Of a stretch of DNA of 64,000 nt, positions 10,539-19,976 are shown piece by piece (position 1 is the stretch's first letter; every line of letters begins with the position of its first letter). The translations under genes were made by a program, and so were the position numbers. The DNA is from a virus (taxonomy: Duplodnaviria > Caudoviricetes). The DNA lies in the IMG/VR virus record IMGVR_UViG_3300037067_018912, positions 160,001 through 224,000 of that record. One strand, 5' to 3'. The notes under the pieces were generated by a model. That model was not told the origin of the DNA. It saw only the letters and a list, made by a program, of their open reading frames with translations, and did not search any database.

Positions 10539-10991
10539 TTATTCGAAAATTATTGGGTTATTTTTACCGTATTCCCTCATAAACACCCCGGCAAGCGCAT
10601 TTGCTTCATTTTCCACATCGCTCCCCGTTTTGTTCGAACCGGAATCCAACCTTCCGTCTTTTCCTTGTTTATAATGTATACTTTCATGCCCGGTCGTCCG
10701 CAACACGTCTGCAAGATTCCTGTTCACCGCTACAACTCTCAATTCGTTGGTTTCTGGAGTATATTTGCCGAACGACGCCATACTTGCAGCCTCTTCAGGA
10801 TCGTATGAAAGGACTACATTAGGCACGTCCTGTCCCAAACCGAGTTTTTCTGCAATGAATTTCATAAAATCGGCAACGATCTCCTCTTTTTTCTCCTTCG
10901 GCAACACCTGTTCCACAAGAACAACCTTGTTAACCTTCTGAAACATCTCAAGAAGCCGTTCTTTTGAGCCGTATGGGTGGAACGCTTTCAC
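10539..10991 (-). CDS. Zincin-like metallopeptidase (HExxH) with shared N-terminal leader
   Basis: GHESIHYKQ plus downstream ENEANALAG; leader KERLLEMFQKVN; GTG start. Confidence 0.65.
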   Translation of the reverse strand: MKAFHPYGSKERLLEMFQKVNKVVLVEQVLPKEKKEEIVADFMKFIAEKLGLGQDVPNVVLSYDPEEAASMASFGKYTPETNELRVVAVNRNLADVLRTTGHESIHYKQGKDGRLDSGSNKTGSDVENEANALAGVFMREYGKNNPIIFE

Positions 10992-10993
10992 AA

Positions 10994-11716
10994 TTAAACC
11001 ATGTCGTTAAAACTGTCTTGAACATCCATCTTCGATTTCTGTGGAAGATCGTCGAAATCAGCAACAAACGTGCCGTCCGGCAATTGATTTATCCCCTTTT
11101 CATTATTCGCACTTCTCTGTTGATTGAACCAATTGTCCGACCATAAGTCATTCAGATTGAAGTAATAAGGGTATGAGACCTTAGTCTTGTTCATCAATTT
11201 TTCGGAATTGGTTGGTTCACGAACTTCTTCCACATCAGCGTTCAGAGTGTCAATTTTGCTGTTCAATTGATTGACCGTGCTGCTCAACATTTCCAATTCA
11301 TCGTGAATGCTCTTCATCGCCTCGATGTTGTGTTTAATAATGTCGTTTTGAACGTCATCCACTTCCGGTGCGGGTTCTGTTGGAGGCATTCCCATAGATG
11401 GGTCGTCCATTCCACCCGGAGGTGGCATGGTTTCACCACCCGCTTTATCAAATGCGGGTGTCGGGGGTGCTCCCGGAGCGTCAGCATTCATTGGTTGGTC
11501 ATTCGTCGGTGCAGGAGGCATCTCGCCTCCACCCGGCTTTTCAGCGTCCTCTTGTTCACCCGCCTCGTTTGTCAACACAGGTGCTTGATCAAAGATTTCG
11601 CTGTCGCCAACCAACGGGCGGTAACGTGGCGTCTCACTTATCTGATAGCCAATACGGTGTTTTATCTTCCTGATATGTTCTTCAAGAAGGATATTCCCCT
11701 TTTCATTTTTTTCCAT
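10994..11716 (-). CDS. Putative prohead core/internal protein (Pro-rich linker and coiled coil)
   Basis: LEEHIRKIKHRIGY N-terminus, LTNE site, Pro/Gly-rich linker, heptad region. Confidence 0.55.
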   Translation of the reverse strand: MEKNEKGNILLEEHIRKIKHRIGYQISETPRYRPLVGDSEIFDQAPVLTNEAGEQEDAEKPGGGEMPPAPTNDQPMNADAPGAPPTPAFDKAGGETMPPPGGMDDPSMGMPPTEPAPEVDDVQNDIIKHNIEAMKSIHDELEMLSSTVNQLNSKIDTLNADVEEVREPTNSEKLMNKTKVSYPYYFNLNDLWSDNWFNQQRSANNEKGINQLPDGTFVADFDDLPQKSKMDVQDSFNDMV

Positions 11717-11728
11717 TGCAAAAGAATG

Positions 11729-11920
11729 TTAGTATCTTTCCCTGAGTAATTGTTTGCCGTCTTTTGTGACAAATACCTTATCAACACGTTCAATCAAACC
11801 CTCCCTCTCGTCGAGGACGACTTTCTTGGCATTGTCTGCTTTCTCCTTTTCCGCCAATTCTTCCTCGGTCAAAGGGGTTTCAATGAAACTGTTGATTGCT
11901 TTTTCAACATTGTCTTCCAT
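11729..11920 (-). CDS. Small late hypothetical protein
   Basis: 63 aa; GTATTTATA at 11941-11949 upstream. Confidence 0.65.
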   Translation of the reverse strand: MEDNVEKAINSFIETPLTEEELAEKEKADNAKKVVLDEREGLIERVDKVFVTKDGKQLLRERY

Positions 11921-11959
11921 AGCACTTATAATTTATTTATTATAAATACTACAGAGATA

Positions 11960-12595
11960 TCATTTTGTCAGGATGACAACGAGATATCTTTTAAGATGAG
12001 TAAAATTTGGAAAGATTTTATATTGGGTGACATAGAGCATGCCATCTCCATCATTCACGGTTACTGCGGAACGCCCGCACACCCGTTCAATTATAATTGC
12101 AACATTGAATTGGAAGTATTCGTACATCTTGAGATTAACACCCCAAATCTTGTTGTCATTAAGGATGTATAACATCTCATCCTTGAAATTGTAAACCCTG
12201 TCGAAATTCTTCGGAAGAACGGCCATAAGATCATCAATGTCGCTTATTTGGAAGAACACCGGGTCAAGATTGGTGTATGTATATTTCGGTTGGAAGTATA
12301 ACTGAGGTGCTGTGTTGACGAAATTTTGAACACCTTTCACGTGGAACGACTTGCTTTCCTCGTAGGAAAACTCCCAATACAATTCGTTGGTTACAACCTT
12401 TTTTTTAAGGATATCGGCGTTTTGAATAATACTATTACCAGGATTACACTCTTTCATAAATGACCATCCAACATAAAGTGTCGGCAACGAATGGTCGAGC
12501 GTGTCATACGCCGTTGGCTTGTCAATGTAATTAACATATTCAACCGCCGTGTGGTTCACAAGAGGTTTCTCATGTACGACATTTGCAATTTTCAT
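11960..12595 (-). CDS. Hypothetical protein
   Basis: 211 aa ORF at the distal end of the glycan operon. Confidence 0.65.
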   Translation of the reverse strand: MKIANVVHEKPLVNHTAVEYVNYIDKPTAYDTLDHSLPTLYVGWSFMKECNPGNSIIQNADILKKKVVTNELYWEFSYEESKSFHVKGVQNFVNTAPQLYFQPKYTYTNLDPVFFQISDIDDLMAVLPKNFDRVYNFKDEMLYILNDNKIWGVNLKMYEYFQFNVAIIIERVCGRSAVTVNDGDGMLYVTQYKIFPNFTHLKRYLVVILTK

Positions 12596-13028
12596 TCGCC
12601 TTGTATAATTTCAACACCCTTTCAATAATACCCGTCGTCGAACACCAATCTGTAGGATAATAAATCACACCATTCTTGGCAAATTCAGCACCGACAATAA
12701 CCTTATCTTTGTAATGATCTCCAACAACGATATGGTCAATTTCAAACTTTTCAATGAAGTATTTCATTTCTTCATCGTCGTGAAAAACCACCACACTATC
12801 AACCATCTTGAGGTTGCACATAACCTTCATCCTTGTGCCAATACCGTTTATCGGTCTCTTGTCGCCCTTGAGCATCCGAACTCTTTCATCGCCATCCAAT
12901 CCGACGAACAGTTTGTTCTTGTTTAAATACAGCGGAATTGAATTATTTTCGTATAATTTTGCATACCAAAGGAGGTTTATATGCCCTTCGTGCAAAAGAT
13001 CGAAACAACCGCTGACCCAAATGTTCAT
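12570..13028 (-). CDS. Nucleotidyltransferase, HldE C-terminal (HldC/RfaE domain II)-like
   Basis: GCFDLLHEGH (HxGH), KGDKRPIN, VVGDHY, C-terminal STT. Start moved to MNIWVSG at 13028. Confidence 0.8.
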   Translation of the reverse strand: MNIWVSGCFDLLHEGHINLLWYAKLYENNSIPLYLNKNKLFVGLDGDERVRMLKGDKRPINGIGTRMKVMCNLKMVDSVVVFHDDEEMKYFIEKFEIDHIVVGDHYKDKVIVGAEFAKNGVIYYPTDWCSTTGIIERVLKLYKANENCKCRT

Positions 13029-13807
13029 AATCCCACCTTTTTCGTATCGATAACAACTACACCCTTTTGAGTAACCACCCATGCGGCACATTTATTAGCA
13101 AAACGTATTGCTTCACAAATATCGGAATTTTCGAGATATTTTGCAACAAGTGCCGCTAAAAACGTGTCGCCCGCACCGGACAAGTCCCTAACGTCATGCT
13201 CCTCCAAAATTGGAAAAGATTCGTTCTTTATTTCCCCGTCGTCATCATAATATCTCGTCGCTCCCAACCTACCTTCCGTTACAATAAGATCACCCGGATA
13301 ATGATCAATTAAATAACCCTCATTTTGAAGAAACTCCTTTTGATTGATCTTTATGTGTGTAATATAATCACACCACCCATATATCCGTTTTTTTGAATCC
13401 ATAAATGTCAATGAATGGTTATTGGAAATATAAACAATATCCTCTATACTCAAGAACCCCTTGTTGTAATCCGAGATGACAATTGCGTCATAATCGTTCA
13501 AATCCAACTTGTCAAGGTCTTCTCTTTTCATAGGGAAGATGCTGTCTTTTTGATCCACCCGCAAAAGCATTTGGTTGGAGACCTCGTCCACATACCTTGT
13601 TTTGACTGGTCTCAGATCGTTGGTTAGAATATCACATTGGACGCCCAATGCCTTGAGATTTTCATAGACATTGATTGCCATGCCGCCGTTACCAACAGTT
13701 TTCAGTGGGTTAAATATCGGCACAGGTGCTTCCGGGCACAACCTGGAACAATTACCGTAGATGAACATGTCCAAACAACTGTCACCGATCACTAAAACTT
13801 TTTTCAT
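13025..13807 (-). CDS. PfkB-family sugar kinase, HldE N-terminal (HldA/RfaE domain I)-like
   Basis: VIGDSCLD, RLCPEAPVP, ISDYNKG, DLSGAGDTF. Confidence 0.85.
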   Translation of the reverse strand: MKKVLVIGDSCLDMFIYGNCSRLCPEAPVPIFNPLKTVGNGGMAINVYENLKALGVQCDILTNDLRPVKTRYVDEVSNQMLLRVDQKDSIFPMKREDLDKLDLNDYDAIVISDYNKGFLSIEDIVYISNNHSLTFMDSKKRIYGWCDYITHIKINQKEFLQNEGYLIDHYPGDLIVTEGRLGATRYYDDDGEIKNESFPILEEHDVRDLSGAGDTFLAALVAKYLENSDICEAIRFANKCAAWVVTQKGVVVIDTKKVGL

Positions 13808-13810
13808 GTC

Positions 13811-15385
13811 TTAGACCTTTCCTGTGTTATATTTTGTATGATAATATATGATTGCATCCTTCTGCATCTCACGAATTTTTTCTTCACCATATATGCTCTT
13901 GAATGTTGTTCTATGATGATGCGGGATAATCAAATCTTGCACTAATGCCATTGTATAGCCATTATCGAGAAGACGATGACAGTAATCATCATCATCTCCA
14001 AGACCTACACCAAAACTCTCATCGAGAAGTCCAACCTTATCAAAAACCTCCTTCTTAAACATTGCACAAAAAAATGCAAACATCCCCCCGCTTCTAACAA
14101 CATAACCCTTTTGACCTTTCGGATATTTTCCCTGCCAACTATTTGGGGTTGTTGTCAACGGACCCGATAAGCCAATATTTTCATTTTGAATCAATGGTTC
14201 TGATAATTTTTCAAGCCAAGAATCCACCGCCTCAGTATCATTATTCATCAACACTATAAACTTGGCATTACTTGCCGATATCCCCATGTTTGTCGCTTTC
14301 ACGAATCCAAGATTTTCCTTGTTCCTGATAAGTATATGGGGCATGTCTTTCAACACTTTCCGAATTTTATTAAGTTCAGATTTCTCTGATCCATTATCAA
14401 CAAAAACAATTCTATAATTTTCAGAATGTTCCTTGATGCTTAGTAGACAATTAATTACATATTCCGACATATTCCACGATGGTATTACAATATCGTACAA
14501 AGTCTCTGTAATCAAATCATCTCGTCTTCCCAAACCGTTGGCTTTCTTCCGCTGAACCGCAGTCAACGGTTCGTCGATGTGTGTTATTTTCTTGAAATAA
14601 TTATACAAAAATGTTATCACCCGGAAATCACCCAAAGCATATCCTTCCCATTCCGGTTTAATTACCGAATTGAAGCAGAAACATAATGTAGAAATATCAT
14701 AAAGGACTGGTTTACCTAAGAAATTTTCATCTGAAGGTATAATTCTTCCTTTCGGAAATTGCGAACGGTATATTATCAAATCATTCCCATTTTCAATCTC
14801 TTTTGAAATTTTTAACAACGCATCTCTGTCGTTCAACTTGTCATCGTCATCAAGATACATTATATAACCATTCTTTACATATTTATGTAACTCATTAAGA
14901 TATAAATTATATTTAGCGGGTGCACCATATCTTAAATCACCACTTTTCTGCTCAATTTTGACGTCATTAAAATCGTACCTTACTATCGAACATTTATATT
15001 TTTTTACATATTCAAGACTTTCATCGTCATCAACTCCAACGATAATATTGTAATTCTTGTACGTCTGCTCAAACACGGATTCGATACAATTTTTGAAATA
15101 ATTCGGCCTGGCGGAAGTTCTTATTAAAATGTTAATCAACGGTTTCTTCAAACTATTTTTTAGAAGCACAGACCTGTTTTGATCATCCCCTTTTTCAATA
15201 ACAACCGCTTTTTCGTGTGGCTTGATTTCGGTTTTAACTGGCTCAATAACTCTTTGCTTGGGTTCTACCCACGACGGTATATTCCTCGTACTATCACCCT
15301 TTTTCTTGATGAAAACGAGGTTCTTGCGCTTCTCTTCCCTTCTCCTCTTTATTACCGCTTTAATATCGGGACGATCTCTTCTCAT
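13811..15385 (-). CDS. Tandem two-domain GT2 (GT-A) glycosyltransferase with basic N-terminal leader
   Basis: YLDDDD in domain 1; VDNGS, NLGFVKATN, MNNDT, GDDDDYC in domain 2. Confidence 0.85.
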   Translation of the reverse strand: MRRDRPDIKAVIKRRREEKRKNLVFIKKKGDSTRNIPSWVEPKQRVIEPVKTEIKPHEKAVVIEKGDDQNRSVLLKNSLKKPLINILIRTSARPNYFKNCIESVFEQTYKNYNIIVGVDDDESLEYVKKYKCSIVRYDFNDVKIEQKSGDLRYGAPAKYNLYLNELHKYVKNGYIMYLDDDDKLNDRDALLKISKEIENGNDLIIYRSQFPKGRIIPSDENFLGKPVLYDISTLCFCFNSVIKPEWEGYALGDFRVITFLYNYFKKITHIDEPLTAVQRKKANGLGRRDDLITETLYDIVIPSWNMSEYVINCLLSIKEHSENYRIVFVDNGSEKSELNKIRKVLKDMPHILIRNKENLGFVKATNMGISASNAKFIVLMNNDTEAVDSWLEKLSEPLIQNENIGLSGPLTTTPNSWQGKYPKGQKGYVVRSGGMFAFFCAMFKKEVFDKVGLLDESFGVGLGDDDDYCHRLLDNGYTMALVQDLIIPHHHRTTFKSIYGEEKIREMQKDAIIYYHTKYNTGKV

Positions 15386-15386
15386 T

Positions 15387-16172
15387 TTATTTATCGTAGA
15401 ACTCCTTTAACTCAATTAATTGATCTTTTATTATTGGTGTCTCAAAATCGGGTTCAAGCATTTTGTTCAACGGTTTCTCCATCTCAAATTTATTAATTAT
15501 ATTAGGTTTTGAATAAACTTCTCCAATAATTTTCAATAAATCGTATTTGCTCAACCCCAATGAACCAACTTGGGTTAATATGAATGCCCCTTTCCAATCT
15601 GAAATAATCACCTCTGCAACCTTACACCACTGCAATGTCGTAATACCATTCCAAAAATAATTGGAATACCCCTTCAAAACTTCATCGTCGTCAGTGCCGA
15701 GAAACCAATCCAATAAAGACAGACTCGTAATCAATTCGTGCCCAATAATTGATGTCCTGATGATCTTGGTGTTCTTAAACTCATCAACAATTAATTTCGA
15801 TATCTCCGCTTTACTTTTACCATAGTCGTCTTCTGCATCCCTCCAATCATTCCATTTATACGTCTTCGGATATGCAAGATAACCCGAAAACTCACAGTCA
15901 GTTGATGGATGAACCACCTTCTTGCCTGTCGTTTCCAAGAATTTTGGTAATTCGACGTTCAAAAATTTATAATATTCGGTGTTGTATTTCTTTTGGGGTA
16001 TAGCACCCACGCAATTCACAATGAATTCGGCATCTGAATTCAGAATTCTGTTCTTATATTCGTCAGAGTCCCATCTTGAACCCTCTATCGTTTCAATATC
16101 GCACTTATTGGTGAAATATTTGTGGACTGCGTTTCCAAGCATTCCGTAGTGACCCAATACCAATAATTTCAT
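15387..16172 (-). CDS. RmlD-like NDP-4-keto-6-deoxysugar reductase (QnlA/WbvR-like)
   Basis: GHYGMLG Rossmann motif, STDCEF, YGKSK, RTSIIG. Confidence 0.8.
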   Translation of the reverse strand: MKLLVLGHYGMLGNAVHKYFTNKCDIETIEGSRWDSDEYKNRILNSDAEFIVNCVGAIPQKKYNTEYYKFLNVELPKFLETTGKKVVHPSTDCEFSGYLAYPKTYKWNDWRDAEDDYGKSKAEISKLIVDEFKNTKIIRTSIIGHELITSLSLLDWFLGTDDDEVLKGYSNYFWNGITTLQWCKVAEVIISDWKGAFILTQVGSLGLSKYDLLKIIGEVYSKPNIINKFEMEKPLNKMLEPDFETPIIKDQLIELKEFYDK

Positions 16173-16194
16173 GTAACATGTTATTTAATACCTA

Positions 16195-17193
16195 TTATTT
16201 TTCGTTTTTCAAAAAACCGCCTTTGTACAACAATTCGTGGAGAAACTCTTTCCCTTTCAAATTATCAGCAGATGAAAACGTTATAAAATCAACCTCTTCG
16301 CAATTACTTAAATGTGAATAGTCCTTATTCATTTTTATTGAAGGCAATATCACATAATAATTTTCATCAAATTTATATGTATTAACCGATTCATGCTCCG
16401 ATACAAGTACTTCATGTATCTTCTCACCTTCTCTGATGCCAATCTCCTCGATCACGGTATTTTCATTACCATAAACATCAATTAGGACTTCCGCCAAATC
16501 CTTGATGTGAAACGACGGCATGTTCATAACGAACGTCTCCCCCCCGACGCTGTTCTCCGCCGCCTCGAAAAGTAAAGATATTGCTTCCGATAACGTCAGG
16601 AAAAACCTGGTCATTGTGCTATCGGTGATGGTCACCTTGTTCTGTGTTTTTATTTGATTAATGAAATGAGGAACAACACTACCATTCGAACCCAACACAT
16701 TACCACCCCTGATGCAAACAAAATCAGTATCATTGGTCAAATTATTGGCTTGTATTGTCAATTTCTCCCCAACGGATTTCGTCATTCCGTACAGATTTGT
16801 AGGAGAGACCGCCTTATCCGTAGATACGTCGATGAATTTTCTCACTTTGTATTTCATCGCCGAATTTATCAGGTTGATCGTGCCGCCAATGTTCGTCTTT
16901 ATCGCTTCCTGCGGCTGGTTTTCACACACCGGAACGTGCTTCAAGGCAGCAAGATGGAAAACATAATCAATACCACGTTGGAACAACCTGTCTACTGCAT
17001 CAGCATCCCTAACGTCTCCAATCACATATTCAATCCTCGAATCGTTAAACTTCCTCTGCATGTTCACTTGTGCGAGTTCCCCACGGGAAAAGACTATTAT
17101 TTTTCGAGGATTCTTTTCCAATAACTGCATGGTTAGTTCATTACCCCACGAACCAGAACCCCCATCAATCAATATTATTTTATCCTTAAACAT
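16195..17193 (-). CDS. UDP-GlcNAc 4,6-dehydratase (FnlA/CapE/WbjB-like)
   Basis: GGSGSWG, GDVRD, HLAALKHVP, STDKAV, YGMTK, GNVLGSNGSVVP, MTRF, GEKIHE. Confidence 0.85.
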   Translation of the reverse strand: MFKDKIILIDGGSGSWGNELTMQLLEKNPRKIIVFSRGELAQVNMQRKFNDSRIEYVIGDVRDADAVDRLFQRGIDYVFHLAALKHVPVCENQPQEAIKTNIGGTINLINSAMKYKVRKFIDVSTDKAVSPTNLYGMTKSVGEKLTIQANNLTNDTDFVCIRGGNVLGSNGSVVPHFINQIKTQNKVTITDSTMTRFFLTLSEAISLLFEAAENSVGGETFVMNMPSFHIKDLAEVLIDVYGNENTVIEEIGIREGEKIHEVLVSEHESVNTYKFDENYYVILPSIKMNKDYSHLSNCEEVDFITFSSADNLKGKEFLHELLYKGGFLKNEK

Positions 17194-17208
17194 AACGGCA
17201 TTTATTTA

Positions 17209-17967
17209 TTAGATTTTTTTTAATCTTTCACCACAATTCAAATGATATATAATTGAATCATTTGAAGTAATGTGCTCCACACCCATCAAACTTAATTTAC
17301 TAAAGAATTCAGTATCACCCGTTTTCTTTATTATATCATATTTACCACCATGTAAATTTCCTTCGGGATAATATCCTGCCATTTCTATCGTATATTTGTA
17401 CAACATTACTGGCATAAAAGCATTTCCAATTGAAACCGTATCTGTTCTTAACTCTTCAACCTTTTTAAGAAACGCATTTTCATCGAAACCGTTTATTGTT
17501 GAACCAAACGGACATATTTCACAAAACGACCCGTTTATCGGATTTCTAAATGGTGTTGGTTGTATTATCCTCGACGAAACTACTGTGGTATACGTCAATC
17601 TTTTTTTTAAATTACTTAACCAATTAGAAGAAAAACAATGATCACTATTAATCAACATTATTATTGGATTTTCGGACATCTTGATTCCGTAATTATATCC
17701 CGCATACACCCGATTTATATACTCCGGATATGCAAATCCCATATTAAATAACTCTTGTTCAGTATAACGCTTATTGTTGTTGACAAAATGTGGATAATTT
17801 CTCTCTTTTAAAAAATTCAACACTTCTTCGGTGGCATCATTGGCAATAAAATAAAACTCCGCCTCTCCATTATGAAGTTCCGGCGTATATTTCATAAGAT
17901 TATTATACAGAAATTCAGCAAATTCTGTCGATTGGTATATCAATGATATGATTGATACCTTCTCCAT
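17209..17967 (-). CDS. GT-A glycosyltransferase
   Basis: VSIISLIY start, YNYGI, INSDH, GDTEFF, IYH. Confidence 0.7.
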   Translation of the reverse strand: MEKVSIISLIYQSTEFAEFLYNNLMKYTPELHNGEAEFYFIANDATEEVLNFLKERNYPHFVNNNKRYTEQELFNMGFAYPEYINRVYAGYNYGIKMSENPIIMLINSDHCFSSNWLSNLKKRLTYTTVVSSRIIQPTPFRNPINGSFCEICPFGSTINGFDENAFLKKVEELRTDTVSIGNAFMPVMLYKYTIEMAGYYPEGNLHGGKYDIIKKTGDTEFFSKLSLMGVEHITSNDSIIYHLNCGERLKKI

Positions 17968-17969
17968 TC

Positions 17970-18602
17970 CTACTTTTTTTTTATTGCAACGAACACCTTA
18001 CCTATAAGGAAAATTTCATAACCTAACTTCTTATAAACCTCCGGATTTAATCCTATTTTGTGTTCCTCATTTGAATTACCCGATTTACGCACATGAAATG
18101 TATTATCATGATATCCAACCGGACCACCCAAAACAGCATATTTCGTAAACGTCTTTTCAATATTCTCCAATACTTTGTCGTGTTCCTCTTGGGTTAGATG
18201 CTCCAAAACGTGGTGACAAATTACCACATCATATTTTTCATTAAAATCATATTTCGTAATATCGACTTGTTCATAAACCCCTTTAGGTCCAAATTCATTT
18301 CTCCAATCAATATTTGGTTTGAATATATCCAATCCTTTAATTTCCTTATCGCCGAATATATTCAACAATATATCCTGCACCTTATAATCAAATTTAGAAT
18401 CAAGAAAAGAACCACACCCCAAATCCAATACAGTACGCACCTGAGAAAGGTTCATTCCTCGTCTTAGAATTTTCATCACATCTAAATTAGTCACCGTTTG
18501 TTGATTAATGTTTGATGTGGGTTTCATCCCTTTTGGCGTCAAAATCTCCTTAGTGGGACTATAATTCTTACCATATGCTCTTATTTTATCCCCGTCTTTC
18601 AT
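17970..18602 (-). CDS. Class I SAM-dependent methyltransferase
   Basis: VLDLGCG, YDVVICHHVLEHL. Confidence 0.85.
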   Translation of the reverse strand: MKDGDKIRAYGKNYSPTKEILTPKGMKPTSNINQQTVTNLDVMKILRRGMNLSQVRTVLDLGCGSFLDSKFDYKVQDILLNIFGDKEIKGLDIFKPNIDWRNEFGPKGVYEQVDITKYDFNEKYDVVICHHVLEHLTQEEHDKVLENIEKTFTKYAVLGGPVGYHDNTFHVRKSGNSNEEHKIGLNPEVYKKLGYEIFLIGKVFVAIKKK

Positions 18603-18606
18603 TTCT

Positions 18607-19440
18607 TTATTTGCTGTTTACATAATCCTCCCACAACTTCTTGCCTGCAATTCTGTCCCACTTGTGTTCAAAAATCGCATCCCTTGGGTTGTCACCTACC
18701 TCGAAATCCTTTTCAATGTTGACGATTTTTCTCTGTTTGAGATTACACGACATTCCCTCGTACTCGACGATATAATACGGTCTTAATAGGCTTGCAGACA
18801 ACTGAAAATCAGCCAAGTTCATTAATTCAGCCATTTTTTGTTGGTTCACCAAGACGTGCTGTTGGCAATATCCAATAAAACTACCTTGCGACGGATACCA
18901 CACAATGATCCAATAAATATTCGGATTCTCGTTTGCATATTTTTGAAAATTCTGTATACCTTTCATTGGATGCATTGTCCCGCACCAAAATCCAACTTCT
19001 TTATCCAACGGCACATTGTATTTCAATTTCAATTTATATTTCTCCTCGTCAGAATATGGTTTGAATAGGTCGGTGTTCACACCGATAGGCAGGATGTCGA
19101 CCTTACCAAACTGTTCATAAAACGGTATGGAGAATTTTGATGCGACTGTGATCCTATCAGAATGTTTGGCAGTTTCATATGTTTTTTGAATGAAACCGTC
19201 CCATTGATTTCCACCCAAAACTTTTTTCATTTCAGGATACAACTCCCAACACAACGCAATAACATTTGCGGGTTTAGCATTTAACGCCCCACATGTTGAA
19301 TATCTCAACACAACGTCATCATCATTATATTTCGGCGGAAGACTGAAAGATATGTTGTTGAAATTTCTTTCAAACCATACCCAAAAAGTCTCTTCCCCAT
19401 ATGCGCATTTCAGTCCATTGACTGGTGATAAGTATATCAT
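18607..19440 (-). CDS. GT-B (GT4-like) glycosyltransferase
   Basis: ILPIGVNTDLFKP, HPMKG, MAELMNLAD, EYEGMSCN. Confidence 0.75.
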   Translation of the reverse strand: MIYLSPVNGLKCAYGEETFWVWFERNFNNISFSLPPKYNDDDVVLRYSTCGALNAKPANVIALCWELYPEMKKVLGGNQWDGFIQKTYETAKHSDRITVASKFSIPFYEQFGKVDILPIGVNTDLFKPYSDEEKYKLKLKYNVPLDKEVGFWCGTMHPMKGIQNFQKYANENPNIYWIIVWYPSQGSFIGYCQQHVLVNQQKMAELMNLADFQLSASLLRPYYIVEYEGMSCNLKQRKIVNIEKDFEVGDNPRDAIFEHKWDRIAGKKLWEDYVNSK

Positions 19441-19976
19441 TTCTTTAAAAATTTAAGTACCCTTCTATCATTTTTCCTCGTTACAATTGTTATTCCGGCA
19501 ACCCCGACGGGAAGTGTGATATAATTCAACTCCGGATGTGTTTCATCCAACCATTCGTGAATTTTATAAGAATCGCCACAAAAGTATTGATCGACATATT
19601 TTTCCTCATAAGGATCGGTGTCGTGTAAAAAGATGATGCCGTGCTCGTTCAAACATTTCAATGAATTCTCGAAATCCTTTTTCACTTGTTCAAAATGATG
19701 ATCAGCATCTATAAAAACAACATCCACTCTTTCAGTGAAATTTTGGAAAAATCCATCAGTGGTCGTCTTATGAAACTCAAAATCTTTAAACAGCAAGTTG
19801 TCGTTGACATCAACACCGATGCACCTTCTACAAAACCTCCTGACCTCCCTGATGTTCAATCCTTGCAACACCCCCAATTCCAAATATGTTTCACACCCAG
19901 TCACTTCCACGATTTTTGAAATGAGTGTGGGGTGCAACTCGAACTTTGAATAAATATATGCAAACCTGTCTGTCAT
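19437..19976 (-). CDS. SAM-dependent methyltransferase (Methyltransf_24-like)
   Basis: YLELGV, VFIDADH, DFENSL, GIIFLHD. Confidence 0.8.
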   Translation of the reverse strand: MTDRFAYIYSKFELHPTLISKIVEVTGCETYLELGVLQGLNIREVRRFCRRCIGVDVNDNLLFKDFEFHKTTTDGFFQNFTERVDVVFIDADHHFEQVKKDFENSLKCLNEHGIIFLHDTDPYEEKYVDQYFCGDSYKIHEWLDETHPELNYITLPVGVAGITIVTRKNDRRVLKFLKK

